Assembly: GCA_046484865.1 (NCBI GenBank)
Contig: JAWOID010000129.1
Location: 1-31,557 of the forward strand
Direction of reading: 5' to 3'
DNA: 31,557 nucleotides
Source of the DNA: Candidatus Krumholzibacteriia bacterium
GTDB taxonomy: Bacteria; Krumholzibacteriota; Krumholzibacteriia; LZORAL124-64-63
Shown here: piece after piece, positions 27,186 to 31,557 of the stretch
How the letters are laid out: each line of letters opens with the position of its first letter
Numbering within the stretch: the first letter of the stretch is position 1
Notes under the pieces: generated by a model
The model's database searches: none
The model's input: the letters and a program-made list of their open reading frames with translations, nothing else
Told to the model about the DNA's origin: nothing
Position numbers and translations under genes: made by a program

Positions 27186-30100
27186 TCAAATCGGCGCTGC
27201 CGGCGCCGCCCCCGTCGAAGATGCCGACGACGCCTCCCCATCGCCCACTTCGATCCGCGACGGCACCAGCATGTACACGGCCGGAATCACCACCAGCGTG
27301 AGCAGGGTGGAGAGGATGAGCCCGCCGGCCACCGTGATGGCCAGCGGGGCGCGTAGTTCCGCGCCTTCGCCCCAGGCCACCGCCATGGGCAGCAGCCCGA
27401 GGACCGTGGTGGTGGTGGTCATGACGATCGGGCGCAGGCGCAGATGGCCGGCGCGCATCACCGCGGCGCGCTTCTCCCAGCCGCTGCGGCGCAGCCGATT
27501 CACGGTGTCGATCAGGACGATGGCGTTGTTCACCACGATCCCCACCAGCATGATGGTGCCGATCAGCACGATGACGGTGACCGTGGTGCCGGTGGCCAGG
27601 AGCGCGGCCACCACGCCGACCAGGGCCAGGGGGATCGTGAAGAGCACGATGAAGGGGTGGACGAACGACTCGAAGGTGGCGGCCATCACGAGATAGACGA
27701 GGAAGATGGCCAGACCGATCGCGAAGCGCAGGCTGCGGAACGAGGTCTGCATCTCGGCGTTCTGCCCCGCCAGTTCCAGGGTCAAGCCCGCCGGCAACGG
27801 CTCGTCGGCGAGCGCCGCCTCCACGTCGGCCACCACCGCGCCCAGGGTGCGCCCCTGGAGGTTGCCGGTGATCACGGCAGCCCGCTGCTGCTGCAGCCGG
27901 TGGACCTCGGCGGGACCGCGGTCCAGGTTCACGTCGGCCACCGCCAGCAGCCGGATCGGCTCGCCGCCGGGTCCGGGAATCACCAGGTTGCGCACGTCGT
28001 GCGCGGTGGCGCGGTCCTCTTCCCGGTTGCGGACCCGCACATCGATCTGCCGATCCTCCTCCTTGAACCGGGTGGGCACGGCGCCCTGGATGCGGCTGCG
28101 CAGGGTCTGCGAGAGCTGCCCCATGTCCAGGCCGAGGGCGGCCAGCCGCTCGCGGTCGAATACCACCTGCAACTCTGGATTGCCCGCTTCCAGCGACGAC
28201 CGCACGTCCACCAGTCCGGCCACCGTCCCCAGGCGCCGGGCCACGTCCAGCGAGGTCTGGCGCAGCTGCTCCAGGTCCTCGCCGAAGAGCACCACCTCCA
28301 CGGGCGTCTTCATGGAGAAGTAGCTGGGGCGACCGAACTTCACCTCCAGGTCGGGGACGGCGCGGAAGCGCTCGCGGAGAGCGTCCGCGACCTTCGCCTC
28401 CGCCGCTTCGTCCGAGCGATCGGCGAGCACCACGTTGAGCTGGCCCAGGTTCTCGGCCCGGGTGTTGAGGGTCTGGCCGCCCGAGACGAGCCGGCTGCCC
28501 ACGGTGGAATACGAGATGGCCACCTCCGGATGCTCGACCACGGCCGCCTCCATCTGCGCGACGACGCGATCGGTGGCCTGCAGGCTGGCGCCCTCGGGCA
28601 GCTCCACCTCGAAGAAGAACTCCCCCTCGGTGAGCGGCGGGATCAACTCGGTGCCGAGCCAGCGCGCGGCATGGACAGAGACGCCGAAGAGTCCGAAGGC
28701 CAGGGCGACGGTGATCAGCCGGCGGCGCAGAGCGGCCTCCAGCAGGCGTCCATAGCCCCGCGACAGACGCCCGAGCGTCTCGGGCGGTTCCAGGCCGGCG
28801 CCGGCGCCGGCGCCCCCGGCGGCGGCCGGCGGTTCGCTCCCGCGAGCGGGAGCGGCCGCCCCGGCCCTCACCGCCTCCGCCCGCGAGGCACCGAGCGCCG
28901 CCAGCATCGGGATGAGCGTCACCGCCACCACCAGCGAGGCGAGCAGCGCGTAGGTGACCGTGAGCGCCTGGTCCTTGAAGAGCTGTCCGGCCACGCCCTG
29001 CACGAAGACGATCGGCAGAAACACCGCCACCGTGGTCAGCGTGGAGGCGACCACCGCGCCGCCCACCTCGCTGGCACCGTCGATCGCGGCACGCGCCAGG
29101 CCGAACCCCTCCTGCCGCTTCCGGAAGATGGACTCCAGGACCACGATCGAGTTGTCCACGAGCATGCCGATCCCCAGCGTGATTCCGCCCAGCGACATGA
29201 TGTTCAGCGAGACGCCTTGCTGGTACATCAGCAGGAACGTGGCGATCACCGACAGGGGGATGCTCGTCGCGATGATCACCGTGGAACGCAGGTCGCGCAG
29301 GAAGAGCAGCAGCACGATCACCGCCAGCACGCCGCCGATGAGCGCGGCGTTGCGCACCTCCCGCACGGCCAGGGCGATGAAATGCGACTGATCGAAAAGG
29401 ACCGCCAGCTGGTGCCCCTCCGGGAGCTTGGTGTCCCGCCACAGATCCAGCCGCTCGCGGAGAGCCCGCGCGACAGCGACGGTGTTGGCGTCGCCCTCCT
29501 TGTAGATGGCGATCTCCACCGATTCGCGGCCGTCGACCCGGGTGATCTCCTCGCGCTCGCGGGCGCCGCGCCGCACCTCGGCCACGTCGCCCAGGCGCAC
29601 CACCGCACCGCCCTCCTGGTGCACGATGACGTCCGCGATCTCCGCCACTCTCATGAACTCGTTGACCGTCCGCACGAGGTACTGGTTGTCGCGTCCGCGC
29701 AGCGCGCCGCCGGGCAGGTTCACGTTGCTGACGCCGATGACCTGCTCCACCCGGTCCAGCGGCACCCGGAGGGCAGCCAGCCGCTCCTGGTCGACCGCGA
29801 TCTGGATCTCCTCCTCGAGGCCTCCCTTCACCTGCGCGGAGGCGATGCCCTTGACGGTCTCGAAGTCCTGCTTGATCCGGCGCTCCGCGATGTTCCGCAG
29901 GGAGGTGAGGTCGTCGCCGGGGCCCGTGAGCGCCAGACGCACGATCGGATCGAGACTCGGATCGAACCGCAGCACCACCGGGTCGTGGGCGTCCACGGGC
30001 AGGATGAGGCGGTCGAGCTTCTCGCGCACCTCCAGCGAGAGCATGTCCATGTCCGAGTCCCAGTCGAACTCCAGCGTGACCTCGCTCATCCCCGCCCGCG

Positions 30101-30353
30101 AGACCGAATGGATGGTCTGCAGGCCGCGCAGCACCCCGACCGCCTCCTCCACCGGGCGCGTGACGAGATTCTCCACCTCCTGCGGCGCCGTGTCGGGGAA
30201 CTCGGTCTGGACGGTCAGCGACGGATAGGAGATGTCGGGGAACAGCTCCAGGGAGAGCCGCGAATACGCCACCGCGCCGAACGCGATCACGGCCACCACG
30301 GCCATGACCACGCTCACACGACGCCGCACGGCGAGAGCGATGACGGACCGCAT
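27186..30353 (-). CDS. RND efflux permease (AcrB/AcrD/AcrF family, SwrC-like), first subunit
   Basis: 1055 aa; LELFPDISYP, EVENLVTRPVEEAV, TM4 GMLVDNSIVVLESI, ASTLTTVAVFLPI, MAATFES, TM10 GIVVNNAIVLID, RLRPIVMTT, APLAITVAGGL. The start overlaps the MFP stop (TGATG). Confidence 0.96.
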   Translation of the reverse strand: MRSVIALAVRRRVSVVMAVVAVIAFGAVAYSRLSLELFPDISYPSLTVQTEFPDTAPQEVENLVTRPVEEAVGVLRGLQTIHSVSRAGMSEVTLEFDWDSDMDMLSLEVREKLDRLILPVDAHDPVVLRFDPSLDPIVRLALTGPGDDLTSLRNIAERRIKQDFETVKGIASAQVKGGLEEEIQIAVDQERLAALRVPLDRVEQVIGVSNVNLPGGALRGRDNQYLVRTVNEFMRVAEIADVIVHQEGGAVVRLGDVAEVRRGAREREEITRVDGRESVEIAIYKEGDANTVAVARALRERLDLWRDTKLPEGHQLAVLFDQSHFIALAVREVRNAALIGGVLAVIVLLLFLRDLRSTVIIATSIPLSVIATFLLMYQQGVSLNIMSLGGITLGIGMLVDNSIVVLESIFRKRQEGFGLARAAIDGASEVGGAVVASTLTTVAVFLPIVFVQGVAGQLFKDQALTVTYALLASLVVAVTLIPMLAALGASRAEAVRAGAAAPARGSEPPAAAGGAGAGAGLEPPETLGRLSRGYGRLLEAALRRRLITVALAFGLFGVSVHAARWLGTELIPPLTEGEFFFEVELPEGASLQATDRVVAQMEAAVVEHPEVAISYSTVGSRLVSGGQTLNTRAENLGQLNVVLADRSDEAAEAKVADALRERFRAVPDLEVKFGRPSYFSMKTPVEVVLFGEDLEQLRQTSLDVARRLGTVAGLVDVRSSLEAGNPELQVVFDRERLAALGLDMGQLSQTLRSRIQGAVPTRFKEEDRQIDVRVRNREEDRATAHDVRNLVIPGPGGEPIRLLAVADVNLDRGPAEVHRLQQQRAAVITGNLQGRTLGAVVADVEAALADEPLPAGLTLELAGQNAEMQTSFRSLRFAIGLAIFLVYLVMAATFESFVHPFIVLFTIPLALVGVVAALLATGTTVTVIVLIGTIMLVGIVVNNAIVLIDTVNRLRRSGWEKRAAVMRAGHLRLRPIVMTTTTTVLGLLPMAVAWGEGAELRAPLAITVAGGLILSTLLTLVVIPAVYMLVPSRIEVGDGEASSASSTGAAPAAPI

Positions 30354-31557
30354 CAGCCGCTCTTCCTCCGGCTGCCCGGCGAGCCCTCGGCCCGCTGCAG
30401 GGTAGTGTCGCCGGGGGTGGGAGCGGCGCCCGGGGTGAGGTCTTCCAGGATCTTCAGGGGGGTGCCGTGCTTGAGAGACCGCTGTCCCTTCACCACCACC
30501 CGCTCGCCTGCCGCCACGCCGGACAGGATCTGGCTGTGCACGTCGTCGGTGAAGCCCAGCTCGACCACCCGTCGCTCGGCCACGGTTCCGGAGGCGGACG
30601 CCGGTGCCCCGGACGGCGTCCCGGCGGCCGTCGCGCCGTGGGCCTGGTCCGGCGCCGCTTCCGCGGCCGGCTGCGGCGCTCCGCTCACGAAGACGATCGT
30701 CTCGCCCTTCTCCGTGACCACCGCCGCGCGCGGCACCAGCAGCACGCCCGGCCGTCGCTCGGTGACGATCTCCACCTGAGCGAAGTCGCCGGGACGCGTC
30801 CCCTCCGGGTAGTCCGGCACCTCGATCGTGAGCTTGATGGTGCCGCTGGTCGGGTCGATGACGGGGCTCACCAGCTTGATGCGGCCGGCCATGCGCGTGC
30901 CGTCGCTGTCGAGGATGAGCCGGACCGGCTGATCGGAGCGCAGGGCGCGGAATTCCTTGCTCGGAACGTGCACCCGCGCCAGCAGGGGCTGGAAGTCGGC
31001 GATCACGTACAGCGCCGTGCCGACGCTCACGATCACGCCGGGGTCCACGAGCCGACGGGTGACGCGGCCGCCGAAGGGCGCCACGACCTCGGTGTAGCCC
31101 AGCGTGAGCCGCGCCAGTCCCTCCTCCGCCTCGGCCGTGGCCAGCTCGCTGCGGATGGTCTCGAACTCCTCGTCCGTGATCAGCTGCTCGTCACGCATGG
31201 CCTGGCTGCGCTCGAATCTGGCCCGCAGGTTGGCGGTGGCCGCGCGCGCCTGATCCATCCGGTAGCGGTACTCGTCGTTGTCGATACGCAGCAGGACGTC
31301 GCCGCCGCGGACCTCGTCGCCCTCCTCGGCCACGACCTCTTCCACCAGGCCGGAGACCCGGGCCAGCACCGTGGCCTCCTTCTCCGCCTCGAGCGTGGCG
31401 GTGGCCCGGTAGTAGCTCGCGATGTCGCCTGGTGCCGCGGCCTGAACGGCCACCGGCACCGCCGGCTCGGGCGGACGGCCACCGGCACCGGCACCGCGCG
31501 CCGGGGTCTGGGCCCGTGCCTCGCCGCCATCGTCGCCACAGCCGGCGAGCGCCAGGG
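30353..31557 (-). CDS. RND periplasmic adaptor (membrane fusion) lipoprotein, 5' end outside the window
   Basis: The frame is open to the window edge with a lipobox LALAGC; VLARVSGLVEEVVAEEGDEV..GDVL, VVAPFGG, ISPVID-like VSPVIDPTSGT, RPGDFAQV, ILSGVAAGERVVVKGQ. Confidence 0.93.
   Translation of the reverse strand, partial: LALAGCGDDGGEARAQTPARGAGAGGRPPEPAVPVAVQAAAPGDIASYYRATATLEAEKEATVLARVSGLVEEVVAEEGDEVRGGDVLLRIDNDEYRYRMDQARAATANLRARFERSQAMRDEQLITDEEFETIRSELATAEAEEGLARLTLGYTEVVAPFGGRVTRRLVDPGVIVSVGTALYVIADFQPLLARVHVPSKEFRALRSDQPVRLILDSDGTRMAGRIKLVSPVIDPTSGTIKLTIEVPDYPEGTRPGDFAQVEIVTERRPGVLLVPRAAVVTEKGETIVFVSGAPQPAAEAAPDQAHGATAAGTPSGAPASASGTVAERRVVELGFTDDVHSQILSGVAAGERVVVKGQRSLKHGTPLKILEDLTPGAAPTPGDTTLQRAEGSPGSRRKSG

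Overview
Most of the window (about 499-31557) is high-GC (roughly 70% by eye) housekeeping and accessory DNA from a diderm bacterium, judged from the outer-membrane beta-barrel, RND/MFP genes and lipoprotein signals. It carries a treX(glgX)-treY-treZ glycogen-to-trehalose operon, a PAP2 phosphatase, a GNAT, asnS, a Kv-beta-like aldo/keto reductase and an orphan PAS hybrid histidine kinase. Further on are an AttE/FG/H-type ABC + lipocalin-like operon, DUF378, and two RND permeases plus an MFP separated by seven unrelated genes. Those seven are an MtnX-like HAD phosphatase coupled to an EgsA-type sn-glycerol-1-phosphate dehydrogenase, DUF2267, a NUDIX hydrolase, an O-methyltransferase, a small OM beta-barrel and a secreted Cys/His-repeat protein. 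The first ~498 nt are much lower in GC, encode SprB-like repeats and cut treZ off mid-gene, most likely a chimeric join. No rRNA, tRNA, CRISPR array or transposase was recognised. The best leads for new biology are the HAD + EgsA pair, the secreted GCxGH-repeat protein, a candidate two-hairpin sRNA at ~23930-24010, the AT-rich divergent promoter region with a structured, gene-remnant-like segment at 17890-18250, and the D-(S/T)-L tandem repeats on the PAP2 protein. All functional calls come from motifs recognised by eye, not database searches.
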